From positions 1 through 53,564 of the forward strand of contig JALTLO010000105.1 of assembly GCA_027001995.1 (NCBI GenBank): a stretch of 53,564 nucleotides of DNA, given 5' to 3'. The notes below the pieces were generated by a model, which searched no databases, was not told the origin of the DNA, and worked only from the letters and a program-made list of their open reading frames with translations. This stretch comes from Planctomycetota bacterium (GTDB taxonomy: Bacteria > Planctomycetota > GCA-002687715 > DRQF01). Below are positions 19,827-28,963 of this stretch, piece by piece (the first letter of the stretch is position 1; every line of letters starts with the position of its first letter). Both the position numbers and the translations under genes were made by a program.

Positions 19827-20470
19827 GAGAGTTCGATTTCCTCGATGAGTTCAGTCAAAAAGGAACGAACGTCCCTGTTGTTTGTGTTCTGGCGAATCTC
19901 CGAGAGGGCGTTGACATGGGGTTTTAGCACGAGCTTGGGCGTGTGATTCATCAGGATAATGAGAGCTTTAATTCGCACTTGCTCGTTCTTGTCTTCCAAT
20001 GCCGTTACTGCCAAATCGAGCAGAGCCCAACGTCTCTTACGTGGAATCCACTCAAGAATGTTGGTTCTCGTCTGCGCATCACTTTGAGCAAAATACGAAA
20101 TGATTCCGGGCACTCCATTGTTGCTGTAGATCGTTTCGAATCGAGTTGTTTCATTGGTGATAGCTACCAAGAGAGGAGAGGGTGCTGGTGCTTGTAGGAA
20201 ACTATGGACAACTGTTGTGGTGCCGAAGAGAGCAGCAATACCCATGATGGACGTCGTAAGGAACTTTCTACGGCTTCGTTGTTTGTTCCTGCGAATGTTG
20301 TTGACTTCATCCGTCAGGGCTAAGCGGCAATCTTCAGTTCCTCCGTGTATGAGTGGTTTGCAAAATGGGCAGGCGAGGGTGTGTTCCAAAGTAGAACCAC
20401 TACGGAATCCAAGTTCCCAGGACTTAAGGTAGGTTTCGCAACCGAAGTTGCCAGGCGCGTTGGTTTTCAT
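19823..20470 (-). CDS. Hypothetical protein: ZAS-like zinc motif, TM helix, HEAT-like C-terminus
   Basis: C...HTLACPFC (HxxxCxxC); SRRKFL followed by a hydrophobic helix; ALEDKNEQVRIKAL HEAT-like repeat. Confidence 0.65.
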   Translation of the reverse strand: MKTNAPGNFGCETYLKSWELGFRSGSTLEHTLACPFCKPLIHGGTEDCRLALTDEVNNIRRNKQRSRRKFLTTSIMGIAALFGTTTVVHSFLQAPAPSPLLVAITNETTRFETIYSNNGVPGIISYFAQSDAQTRTNILEWIPRKRRWALLDLAVTALEDKNEQVRIKALIILMNHTPKLVLKPHVNALSEIRQNTNNRDVRSFLTELIEEIELS

Positions 20471-21014
20471 ACATGTATGTCATTTCTGTAGAAGGGTAAT
20501 AAAGAAAAAGCCACTTGGAGGCAGCCAAATGGCAGACGTGCAGAGTAGAAAACAGGTGTTCAGCGTCAATAAAGTGAATACCCCATGAGTGCGATTGGGT
20601 AAATATGCACACCTTTCCTAAGAGGTGTTTCGTCAGGCTCTTAGGGGTAGTCGAAAAATGACAACCTTTGCCTTGTTAAATTTATTTCTCAGATTCGTGA
20701 AGAATCGGCATGAATCAGCGGTGAAAGTTCAACCTGTATAACCGTTCCTTCAACAAACGATTTCTTTGGCCAAAGATGGCAATGAAACGGGAATGAATTC
20801 TATTTCTCTTGTGTGAAAGTTCGTCGACAGAATGCCGTGTTTTCACGCTGCTCTGCCAATAGAAAATGTGACAAATGTGATGCGAGATTATCCTTAAATG
20901 GTATTCTCTTTGTGGTTACCTTTGTTCGCTCGCGCCATTCATATCATCCCCCTCCGGAAACGAAACTCTTGTTGAGCTTCCGGTATAGAAAGCATCTTCC
21001 AAGGAGAAGAAATT

Positions 21015-22433
21015 ATGCATCTTAATTCGTCCCACTTGACCGCAGCAATTCTTTTGCTTGCTATGGCTGTCCCCGCAGCCGCCCAACTTCCTGGTCAGCA
21101 TTCCAATCTTGGAACGAGGTTGACACAGACAGATATCACCAACGGTTCCATGTCTGTTCGCGATATCCGCCGGGAAGGTCGCAGGATCTTTAGTACACCG
21201 TTTAATAAGTTGGATGGCATGGGCGAAGGCTACGATCCAACGTTGCCTGACCATACGAGTTTTGGCAATCGTCCTACCCTTCAGAATAATGGCACATTCT
21301 TGCGCATCAACGGTTTGGATGCTCAAACTTGTCAAGAGTGTCACGGCATCGTGAGCAACGCCACGATTCCCGTAACTTTGGGTATTGGTGGTGTCGGAAG
21401 TAGCAACAATAACGCCATTTTCTTGCCGACGAACATTGATGTCGCCGACGCCGCTGGCAACGGATTTGCCGATTTCAATGGGCGCTTTATCAACCCGCCT
21501 TTCCTGTTTGGTGCTGCTGGCATCGAAGCATCGGGAAAGGAAATGACCAGTGATCTCTTGGCTTTGAAGCAGCAAGCTTTCTTGAACCCGAATACGGTTG
21601 TGAGTTTGGATACTAAAGGAGTGAACTTCGGAACGATCAGTTACGATGGCACTTCCTTCGACACTTCCAATGTTGAAGGTATTGAGCATGACCTCGTCGT
21701 GCGTCCGTTTGGCCGCAAGGGCGAAAACTTTACGACTCGCGATTTTGACCGCAATGCTATGCGCTTCCATATGGGTATGGAAGCTGTTGAAGTTGTTGGT
21801 GCCGGTGTCGATGGAGATGGCGATGGTGTCACGGATGAGCTCACCATTGGTGAAATGTCGGCCTTGCACATGTTCGCCAACTTGCAAAAGAAACCGGTTT
21901 TCCGTCCTCGTCCTGGTGCTGGACTTGGTTTCCTTCTTTTCAATCAGGTGGGTTGCAACGATTGCCACATGCCGATGATCATCACCGACAGCAATAATCA
22001 CACCTTCTCATTTCCTGATTTAGGTGATGACCCAACAGCTAACGTCTATGCCACAGTGAACTTGCGAGCGAAACCTATGCGTTTCATGAACGTTCCTGGT
22101 GCTGGAGTCGCTCTGTTTCCTTTTGCTGATTTGAAACGTCATGACATGGGACCGGCCTTGGCTGAATCCTTTGGATCACCCATCGATGCCGAATTCACCA
22201 CAGCCCGTCTTTGGGGTATCGCGGACACCGCTCCCTATCTTCATGATGGTCGGGCCCTGTCTTTGGCAGAAGCTATCGACATGCATGGGGGCGAGGCCGC
22301 CCAAGTGCGGGCCAACTTCACCGCACTCTCTTCAAATAGCCAGCAGCTTGTGTTGTCGTTCTTGCGCTCACTGCGGACGCCCAGGAACCCAGATCGTGAT
22401 CTAGGTCCACCAGATCGTAACGTGAACAACTAA
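21015..22433 (+). CDS. Secreted di-heme oxidoreductase (DHOR; bCcP/MauG superfamily-related)
   Basis: Signal peptide, two CxxCH (CQECH, CNDCH), PFGRKG, DGDGDGVTDE, DLKRHDMG, LWG...PYLHDGRA...HGGEA. Confidence 0.88.
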   Translation: MHLNSSHLTAAILLLAMAVPAAAQLPGQHSNLGTRLTQTDITNGSMSVRDIRREGRRIFSTPFNKLDGMGEGYDPTLPDHTSFGNRPTLQNNGTFLRINGLDAQTCQECHGIVSNATIPVTLGIGGVGSSNNNAIFLPTNIDVADAAGNGFADFNGRFINPPFLFGAAGIEASGKEMTSDLLALKQQAFLNPNTVVSLDTKGVNFGTISYDGTSFDTSNVEGIEHDLVVRPFGRKGENFTTRDFDRNAMRFHMGMEAVEVVGAGVDGDGDGVTDELTIGEMSALHMFANLQKKPVFRPRPGAGLGFLLFNQVGCNDCHMPMIITDSNNHTFSFPDLGDDPTANVYATVNLRAKPMRFMNVPGAGVALFPFADLKRHDMGPALAESFGSPIDAEFTTARLWGIADTAPYLHDGRALSLAEAIDMHGGEAAQVRANFTALSSNSQQLVLSFLRSLRTPRNPDRDLGPPDRNVNN

Positions 22434-22467
22434 GCCGGAGTCGTTTCGGCGATTGAGTCTATCCACG

Positions 22468-22501
22468 AATTGGCCCTCTAACCTTAGAGGGCCAATTTTT
22501 T
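22468..22501 (+). terminator. Intrinsic terminator between convergent genes
   Basis: AATTGGCCCTCTA-ACCT-TAGAGGGCCAATT followed by a T run. Confidence 0.85.
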
Positions 22502-22520
22502 CGTGCGGACGAAATTGCTC

Positions 22521-23846
22521 TTATTCTTCCTGGGCTTGTTTGATTCTCGCGATCCAAGCTGAAAGTTCCTTCACTTCGTCACTCTGCTTCTGACTCTCTT
22601 TGAGTGACATGAGAGCGGTGAGAGGTGGCAGTAAGACGGGGTGTGTGTCTCCTGCTATCTTGCGCCATGCCTGGAGAACAGCATTGTAGTCTTTTTCTGC
22701 TTTGCTGACTTGTCCCATGGCTTGATGGATCCTTCCTCTTTCCAAACGGCCTTCCAAGCGCTGGGGATCGGTGGGGCGAAGCTTCTCTTCGAAGAAACCC
22801 ATAGCAACATCAATGGCTTCACGTGCACCGGGGAGTCGGCCTTGTTTTCTGAGGCTGACAGCGAGGAGCCTCTCAATAGCTCCAAGAGTTACCCATTCTG
22901 GCTGTTGCAACGCCCTCATGCGTTTGCTTGCTTCTCGCAGATGTTTCGTTTCTTCCGCGAAATCTTCTTGCATTCGGCTCATCTTGGCTCGCAGTCGATA
23001 GATGTTGATGATTTCGGGATGACTGCGGGAGACTTGCTCTAAGACCCATTGCCAGCGAGTGCAGGCTTTTTCTGCCTGGTCAAATTGCTTTAAGGAGACA
23101 TAACAAGAGGCGATAGTCTTGAGGCCAGTTGCAGTGGCGCCGTTGTCTTTTCCTTTGACCGACTCGTAGATCTTCACCCATCTTTCTAAGGATTCGATGG
23201 CACCGGCGTAGTCCTTCAAGTTCTTCTGGCACCGAGCCAGGTCTTCTAAAGGGCCTACTAAGTCTGGATGACCACGGCCGAGTTTCATTCCCAAGAGATC
23301 GATGTAAGTGGATAGAGAAAGAGAGGCCCCATCCCAGTTTGCGGCTTGCCTTTGGGACCGAGCGAATAGATAGAGAACCTCTAAGGTCAAGTCGAGGGCA
23401 TTTTTGGTATCTGCCTCTGCAATCTTGAGTGCCAGTGTGTAATACTCCATGGCCTCTGATCGTCGCTTAGACCGTTCAAGATACTTGGCGACGCTCAAGG
23501 CTGGCCGAAGCCAAGTTTGGTGAAAAGGGCCCCTATGGGCCATTTGCGTGTATTCTAGCGTCAGTTTGGCATCTTCCAAGGCTCCGGCGATGTCGTTGCG
23601 GAGTTCCTTGGCGGAGCTTCGCATAGTGAGAGCCTGAATCCTCATGGGTAGGGTTGATTCGCCTTGAGGCATCTGAGTCAAGGCACGGCTTAAGTAGTCT
23701 GTGGCTTCCTCAGCTTTGAAGTTATTAAAGGCGGTGCGCCCCTTCGCCATGAGCTCTTGCCACGTTGAGTCTCCTTGTTGCCCCTGGGCAAATGGAGAGG
23801 AAAGGAAGAACAAGAACAAGGTAGAAATGCAGAAAAAACGGTTCAC
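22521..23846 (-). CDS. Secreted tetratricopeptide-repeat protein
   Basis: Signal peptide; kinesin-light-chain-like TPRs (LGRGHPDLV...LARC, AGDTHP). Confidence 0.85.
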   Translation of the reverse strand: MNRFFCISTLFLFFLSSPFAQGQQGDSTWQELMAKGRTAFNNFKAEEATDYLSRALTQMPQGESTLPMRIQALTMRSSAKELRNDIAGALEDAKLTLEYTQMAHRGPFHQTWLRPALSVAKYLERSKRRSEAMEYYTLALKIAEADTKNALDLTLEVLYLFARSQRQAANWDGASLSLSTYIDLLGMKLGRGHPDLVGPLEDLARCQKNLKDYAGAIESLERWVKIYESVKGKDNGATATGLKTIASCYVSLKQFDQAEKACTRWQWVLEQVSRSHPEIINIYRLRAKMSRMQEDFAEETKHLREASKRMRALQQPEWVTLGAIERLLAVSLRKQGRLPGAREAIDVAMGFFEEKLRPTDPQRLEGRLERGRIHQAMGQVSKAEKDYNAVLQAWRKIAGDTHPVLLPPLTALMSLKESQKQSDEVKELSAWIARIKQAQEE

Positions 23847-23989
23847 AAATATTCTCCAACGATGGGCGACGAGACTATGGGTAGTATAGTTGTTGCACGA
23901 GGACGCTTAAATAGAATAGCAAATATGGAGTCTGGAATCGGCTTCGTTTTTTGGCTCAAATTGGAAAGCACGACGTGGAGACATGACTC

Positions 23990-26014
23990 GTGTGGGACAC
24001 CATGCTGATGAAATCGAAGAGTGGTATTTTCCTTGTTCTCGGGGGAATTCTTGGGGCTCTCTCATTGTGGCTCTTTATGTGGCAACAAGATGACGAAGCG
24101 GACTTGGAGGATCATGGCATCGTTGTGGGAAATGATGCTGGGGAGACGAGACGGACAGGGAATGAGAGAGAGCTTCTCGCCAAGGTCGGTGTGATTCGCG
24201 GAAGTTTGGTTGATTCTCGCGGTGAGCCCGTCGCCGGAAAGTTGCTGTTCAAAATCTCACCTCCTCCTGGAGCCCGGGGAACCCTCGTTCAGTCTCGCCA
24301 GGAGGAACTACTGATTGGTCCGGATGGCAAATTTACAAGCTCGCCATTGGGTTATTCCCTCATTGACTTGCTGGTGCGGCCCGAGTCCGGGGCCAATCTC
24401 AAACGTCGGTTTCTCAAGTTAGAGGGAGTGGACTTGGATTTGGGGATCCTTGTGGTCCAGCAAGGGGGGCATGTCAGTGGATCCGTCTTGGATGAGGAAG
24501 GGGACCCGGTTGGGAATGCCCGCATTCTCATTGGAGTGCGAGGGCGTCGAGCAGGCTCTCAGGGAGTGGGGGTGTTCATGGTCGGCATCGACCAAGACTC
24601 CGCTCAAGAGTCTTTTACCAAAGAGGACGGAAGTTTTGATATCAGGGATGTTGCCACAGGCAGGGTTGTTCTCATCGTCACGGCACCTGGATTTGCTCCT
24701 CAAACTGCAACGAACATAGTTCTCGAAGAGAATGGGGAAGAAACCCTTGAGATCGAATTGCGTCGCGCTCGTACTCTCAATGTTGAAATCCGGGAGAAGG
24801 GTGCTGGGAGGCTTATTTCGGGGGCCGACATTGAGCTTGATGCTCTTGACTATGAACCGGGCGATCAAGTTCTCCAGGAGTTCAATCAGATACGTCGAAC
24901 AACTGGGAAGGGGGGAGTGGCAATCGTTTCTGGGTTGGCGAGGCGCCGCTATCGCTTGAGGGTTTTTGCCTCGGGTTACATCGTCCCTCAGGACGTGATA
25001 GTCGGACGAGACGATACTCTTGTGACAATCGAGTTAAGGGAAAATGGGGAGATCTTTGGCCGGGTTTTTGACAGGCAAAATGGTCAGTCTATCGGTGATT
25101 TTGAGGTGAAAACTGGCTATCTTCGACGGCGAGCAAAAGGTCAAGATTTTGAGATCATCGTTGGGGAGGAAGCCGCGAAGCACTTTCACCAGCCTCTTGA
25201 CAAGGGGATCTACGGTCTTCGCAATGGCCAATATCCCTCCGTTCGCATTTCGATCGAGGCCTCCGGTTTTGCCGGAGGTAGCATAGAAGTCGAAGGCTTG
25301 AGGCCTGGTGAAGTGAGGCGCGCCGATCTTGGCCTCGTTGCAGAAAGCATCATAGCCGGCAAGATTCTCAGCCACGACTACAAACCTCTCGATGGCGCTG
25401 AAGTCACGGCCACCTTTAATGGCGATCAAGGCGACGAAGACGATGCGGCTGAAAGAGCCTTGATGACTGGTAATGTCGCTTCAGTTGATCCACTGAATGG
25501 AGCGGTGCGTTTCTTGCCGCGCCAAACAACAACCGTGATGACAGACGAGGAAGGGAACTTTCGTTTGACGGGGCTTTCGCCTGGACGCTACCGCTTGACT
25601 GCCAGTCATCCTCGACAGCAAGATTCAACTGACGCTGAGTACGTTTTGGAAGCTCGCCAGCACCTGAAGGATATAGAGATTCAGTTGAGACCTGCCGGTG
25701 GGGTTCGGGGGCAGGTGTTTGACGAGAATGGCAAAACGGTCCCTGGGGCTGTTGTGAGTGTCCGTACGGCAGCCCCTTCGGGGATTGCCTCCGGGGTTGC
25801 GGCCTTGGCATTGACAGAAGAAGTGAAGTCCGTGAACGCTGATCAGGACGGTGTATTCTTGTTAACGGGGATTAAGCCCGGTAGCTACTCTTTGCTAGCC
25901 ACGGGTTCAGATCTACTTCAAGAAGGACAAAGTGAGGCCTTAGCGGTTCAAGTACCCATTCGTATTCGGCCCGGCGTTGACTTGGAGAAACGTATGCAAC
26001 TGCAATCACGGTGA
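23990..26014 (+). CDS. Membrane-anchored protein with repeated carboxypeptidase-regulatory-like domains
   Basis: N-terminal TM; repeats GSVLDEEGDPVGNARI, TDEEGNFRLTGLSPGRYRL, GQVFDENGKTVPGA. Exact start uncertain (23990-24008). Confidence 0.85.
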   Translation: MWDTMLMKSKSGIFLVLGGILGALSLWLFMWQQDDEADLEDHGIVVGNDAGETRRTGNERELLAKVGVIRGSLVDSRGEPVAGKLLFKISPPPGARGTLVQSRQEELLIGPDGKFTSSPLGYSLIDLLVRPESGANLKRRFLKLEGVDLDLGILVVQQGGHVSGSVLDEEGDPVGNARILIGVRGRRAGSQGVGVFMVGIDQDSAQESFTKEDGSFDIRDVATGRVVLIVTAPGFAPQTATNIVLEENGEETLEIELRRARTLNVEIREKGAGRLISGADIELDALDYEPGDQVLQEFNQIRRTTGKGGVAIVSGLARRRYRLRVFASGYIVPQDVIVGRDDTLVTIELRENGEIFGRVFDRQNGQSIGDFEVKTGYLRRRAKGQDFEIIVGEEAAKHFHQPLDKGIYGLRNGQYPSVRISIEASGFAGGSIEVEGLRPGEVRRADLGLVAESIIAGKILSHDYKPLDGAEVTATFNGDQGDEDDAAERALMTGNVASVDPLNGAVRFLPRQTTTVMTDEEGNFRLTGLSPGRYRLTASHPRQQDSTDAEYVLEARQHLKDIEIQLRPAGGVRGQVFDENGKTVPGAVVSVRTAAPSGIASGVAALALTEEVKSVNADQDGVFLLTGIKPGSYSLLATGSDLLQEGQSEALAVQVPIRIRPGVDLEKRMQLQSR

Positions 26015-26035
26015 CGAATGCATTGGTTCACTGCC

Positions 26036-26746
26036 TCAAGGTCGTGAGGTGGGCGGTCTAAGTAAATGAAGGTAGGTGGCGGCGCAAAGACCGGATGCTC
26101 CGAAGATCATGCACATGACCATAATTTGGTAGCGCACGGCCTCCATAGGATTCACCCCTGCAAGCACCTGCCCGGTCATCATCCCGGGAAGGGACACTAA
26201 GCCCACGGCTAAGAGCGAATTTGTCACTGGGATCAAGGATGCCTTCAGCGCTAGGCCCCTGGCAGTTAAGAAATCTACACCTCTTTCACTCTCAGCTTGG
26301 AGCCTTTCGGCGATCAAGCTGATGACATGCATGGAGGGGGGAAAGACCATTCCTGCCAAAGGGACGATGAGCCGAGCGTTCAATGACTCTTCTCTCATCA
26401 CCCCGAGGATAATGAGGAGGAGGGTGGGGAGGCTTCCTGTGGCCACAGCCAAGAGGGCTCGTGTATATGCTTGAGCATTCTTTTTCTTCAGATGCCTGAT
26501 GCCGATCCAGGCTGACACCAAGAGCATCACACTGAGCACTGAAAGGATGAGCCAGGGAGCATCCTTTGCGAACAAGAAACGAAGAAGGTAGCCGATGAGG
26601 ATCAGTTGAATCACCATTCTGGCAATAGCGTAGATCGCGCCGCGCCATTCATAGGACCAGCGAAACAGAATAACGAGGACGACCAAAACTGGAATGAAAG
26701 CTAAGCCTAAGCTTGAAGCGGGGATGGAAGCAACAGCAAGAATCAT
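26036..26746 (-). CDS. UPF0014 ABC permease (FetB/YbbM-like)
   Basis: RMVIQLILIGYLL, IVPLAGM, VGLVSLPGMMTGQVLAG..P.EAVRYQI. Confidence 0.9.
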   Translation of the reverse strand: MILAVASIPASSLGLAFIPVLVVLVILFRWSYEWRGAIYAIARMVIQLILIGYLLRFLFAKDAPWLILSVLSVMLLVSAWIGIRHLKKKNAQAYTRALLAVATGSLPTLLLIILGVMREESLNARLIVPLAGMVFPPSMHVISLIAERLQAESERGVDFLTARGLALKASLIPVTNSLLAVGLVSLPGMMTGQVLAGVNPMEAVRYQIMVMCMIFGASGLCAATYLHLLRPPTSRP

Positions 26747-26773
26747 CAGACGTCCTCAGGGTGAAACACGATG

Positions 26774-26812
26774 AAGAAAAGGCCTCGCCAGCAAGAATGC
26801 AGCGAGGCCTTT
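26774..26812 (-). terminator. Intrinsic terminator of the TlpA-like gene
   Basis: Minus strand AAAGGCCTCGC...GCGAGGCCTTT then TCTT. Confidence 0.75.
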
Positions 26813-26841
26813 GGGGAGTAAGCTTCATGGTTAAAGGCGAA

Positions 26842-27996
26842 CTAAAGGTCTTTGCTGCTTTCTAATTTCTTGACCAGCATTTTGACCTTTGAGATTGCCT
26901 GGTTGCCGTTGTGGCCCCGATAGACGATTCTCATGTCTTCATCCAAAACAACCATGGTTGGCCAACCCCTGACCGCCCAATCCTGGGATATGGGGTTTTT
27001 GGCACCTTTTGGTTTGTTTTGAAAAGAGCGCCAGTTTAAGTTCTTCTTCTTGACGATGGCGCGGATCTTGTCGAGGTCACCGTCTGAGTTAACACCAATG
27101 AGAGCGAATGGACGGTTCTTCATTTCCTTCACGAGCGACCGCTCGTGATCGTAGAGAGCACGGCAGGGGCCTCACCAGTCGCCCCAGAAGTCTAAGAGAA
27201 CAATCTTGCCCTTGTAGTCGGAAAGTTTGAAGGAGGTTCCATCCAAGTCGACACCGATAATGTCTGGTGCGACTTTCCCGGTGACAAGATTCTCGCGACC
27301 ATCAATGAGGCCTTTGACCCGGGTCTTGATGTCTGTGTCATCAGTCATGGCAGCGGCGCGAAGGGCTTCTTCTTTGGCAGCCTTATAAGCCATGGTGTCG
27401 GTACCGGCGTTCTCCAAGGACTCGGTTACTCGAGCTAAGATGGCCGTGGCACGAACTTGGCTATGGGGGCTGTTGGTCTCCAAGGCCCGCAGGTAGCCGT
27501 TGGCCACGTCTTTGCCCACGAGGCGTGTTGCGTACATGAAGAGGTTGGCTGATTCTCCCAACTTATCACTTGCGATATGCGTTGTGGTGATTGCTTTTGC
27601 TGCGTTGTTGAAAACGTCTTTGTTTCTTGACCGAAGACCCATCATGAGGAGGAATTTCTGAAAACCAATGGCATCATCGGAAGTGCCGTAAGACTTGGCC
27701 AATTTCCTAGCCTTCTCGATGTGAGGCAAGTAGAAGTCTTCTTTGGGTGCCATGCGCATGGGGGGCATGGGCGGTACTTCTTGGCCGTCTTTCTTGGCCT
27801 TTTCTTGCTCAGCCCGAAGTTTGGCCATTTTCTCCTTTTGTTCCTTGCGCCACTTGGCATAAGCGGCATCCATACCCTCTTCAAGTTCCTTGAGTTGGGA
27901 TTTTGCCTTCGATGGGCCTTCTTGGGCTGGAAGCCACGATGAAGTTGCCATCAAGATGGCAAGTACACCGAGCAGCAACCGCGTCCTGCTATGCAT
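26842..27996 (-). CDS. Exported TlpA/ResA-family thioredoxin-like selenoprotein (384 aa, UxxC)
   Basis: ORFs 27172-27996 and 26842-27132 share a frame; read-through gives LSDYKGKIVLLDFWGDW-U-GPCRALYDHERSLVKEM...VRGWPTMVVLD; signal peptide and helical N-domain. Confidence 0.93.
27129..27174 (-). promoter_or_regulatory. Predicted SECIS element of the TlpA-like gene
   Basis: Perfect 8-bp stem TCACGAGC-GGTC-GCTCGTGA (27148-27129), loop beginning GG 32 nt after the TGA. Confidence 0.85.
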
Positions 27997-28130
27997 GAGA
28001 ATCTTCTCCTATTGTGTCCGGGTCAGGGAAACTCTGTTCAGAGACATGGTACCGTCCTTGAGAAAGGGCGGAAGGGACATATTGTCAAACCTCATAGAGG
28101 CCTACGCGCCGTTTGTCTCAATGCGACAGG

Positions 28131-28173
28131 AAAAAAAAGATCCTTCGGCGATTTCTTGCGCCGAAGGATCTTT
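28131..28173 (-). terminator. Intrinsic terminator downstream of the peroxiredoxin gene
   Basis: AAAGATCCTTCGGCG-(8 nt)-CGCCGAAGGATCTTT with a T8 tail on the minus strand. Confidence 0.88.
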
Positions 28174-28263
28174 ATATGTCGCTAACTGAGCTAAATCAGT
28201 TCTGCCAAAGGACTAACCCGAATCCTTCGTGACCTTGGGGCCACGATCTCATGGGTGAGTCGG

Positions 28264-28731
28264 TTAACAGTTTTCTTTGCACTTATTGAGCAAATCAGCG
28301 GTTTCCCGCTTGCCGGGAGGGCCTACGGCTTCGGACCAGACAACTTTGCCTTCTTTGTTGATCAAGACGGTGGCACGGTCGCCGATTCCTGGCTCATCGA
28401 GCCAAACGCCATAAGCTTTGCAGACTTCGCCCTTGGGGTGGAAGTCGGCGAGCAGGGGGTATGTGACGCCGCCAAGGCTGTCAGCCCAGGCTTTGTGACA
28501 GAATTTTGAATCGATGCTGAGTCCCAAAACTTGGGTCTCGGTGGCTTCAAAATCGCTCAATTGCGATTGGATGCCAGGGATTTCGATACTTCAGGTTGGA
28601 GTGAAGTCGAGGGGATAGAAAACCAGCAGCACGTTTTTCTTGCCACGGTAATCGGAGAGCTTGATTGTCTCGCTGTCTTGCGACTCAAGCGAGAAATCGG
28701 GTGCATCGGCACCGGCTTCAATGATAGCCAT
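28264..28731 (-). CDS. Peroxiredoxin (AhpC/TSA family, AhpE-like), predicted selenoprotein (155 aa)
   Basis: ORFs 28591-28836 and 28264-28560 share a frame; GADAPDFSL...[29 protein letters not shown]...VLGLSIDS...LLADF...[10 protein letters not shown]. The TGA sits at the peroxidatic Cys of PxxxTxxC. Confidence 0.9.
28551..28593 (-). promoter_or_regulatory. Candidate SECIS element of the peroxiredoxin gene
   Basis: Hairpin AATCGC-AATTGA-GCGATT starting 23 nt after the TGA; loop G position less canonical than in the other two. Confidence 0.5.
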
Positions 28732-28963
28732 TTTCTCGTTCCTAATATGGTTGATTCTTGTCACGGGGCACAGTCGCTGGCGAAACAGGTCGTTCAGCTT
28801 CTTAACCACAACTACAAATAGGATACGTTGGCCCAAGGATCAAACCCATAGCCATATTTTTCGAGAACTTGGAACAATGCGAGATATGGCCTCAAACGGC
28901 AATGATCTTGACCTGTAGCGCTTCTGGGCTGCGAGAAGAGATCGAATAGTGTAGGCTTTTTCC

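Noticed and set aside
20864..20880. Direct repeat AAATGTGA-C-AAATGTGA upstream of the di-heme gene as a CRP/FNR site
   Set aside because: Only half-sites; no TCACA partner at the required spacing; too short to support.
20916..22001. 361-aa minus-strand ORF
   Set aside because: Antisense shadow of the di-heme oxidoreductase gene; no recognisable motifs.
28174..28263. tRNA-Sec (selC) or other tRNA
   Set aside because: No acceptor stem, T-loop consensus or TCA anticodon arm; kept only as an unassigned structure.
3368..28731. Genome-wide UGA reassignment (Trp or Gly) as the cause of the in-frame TGAs
   Set aside because: Many genes here end normally at TGA (e.g. 2166, 4652, 26014, 33365, 50290), Trp is encoded by TGG right beside two of the sites, and two of the TGAs fall exactly on catalytic Cys positions.
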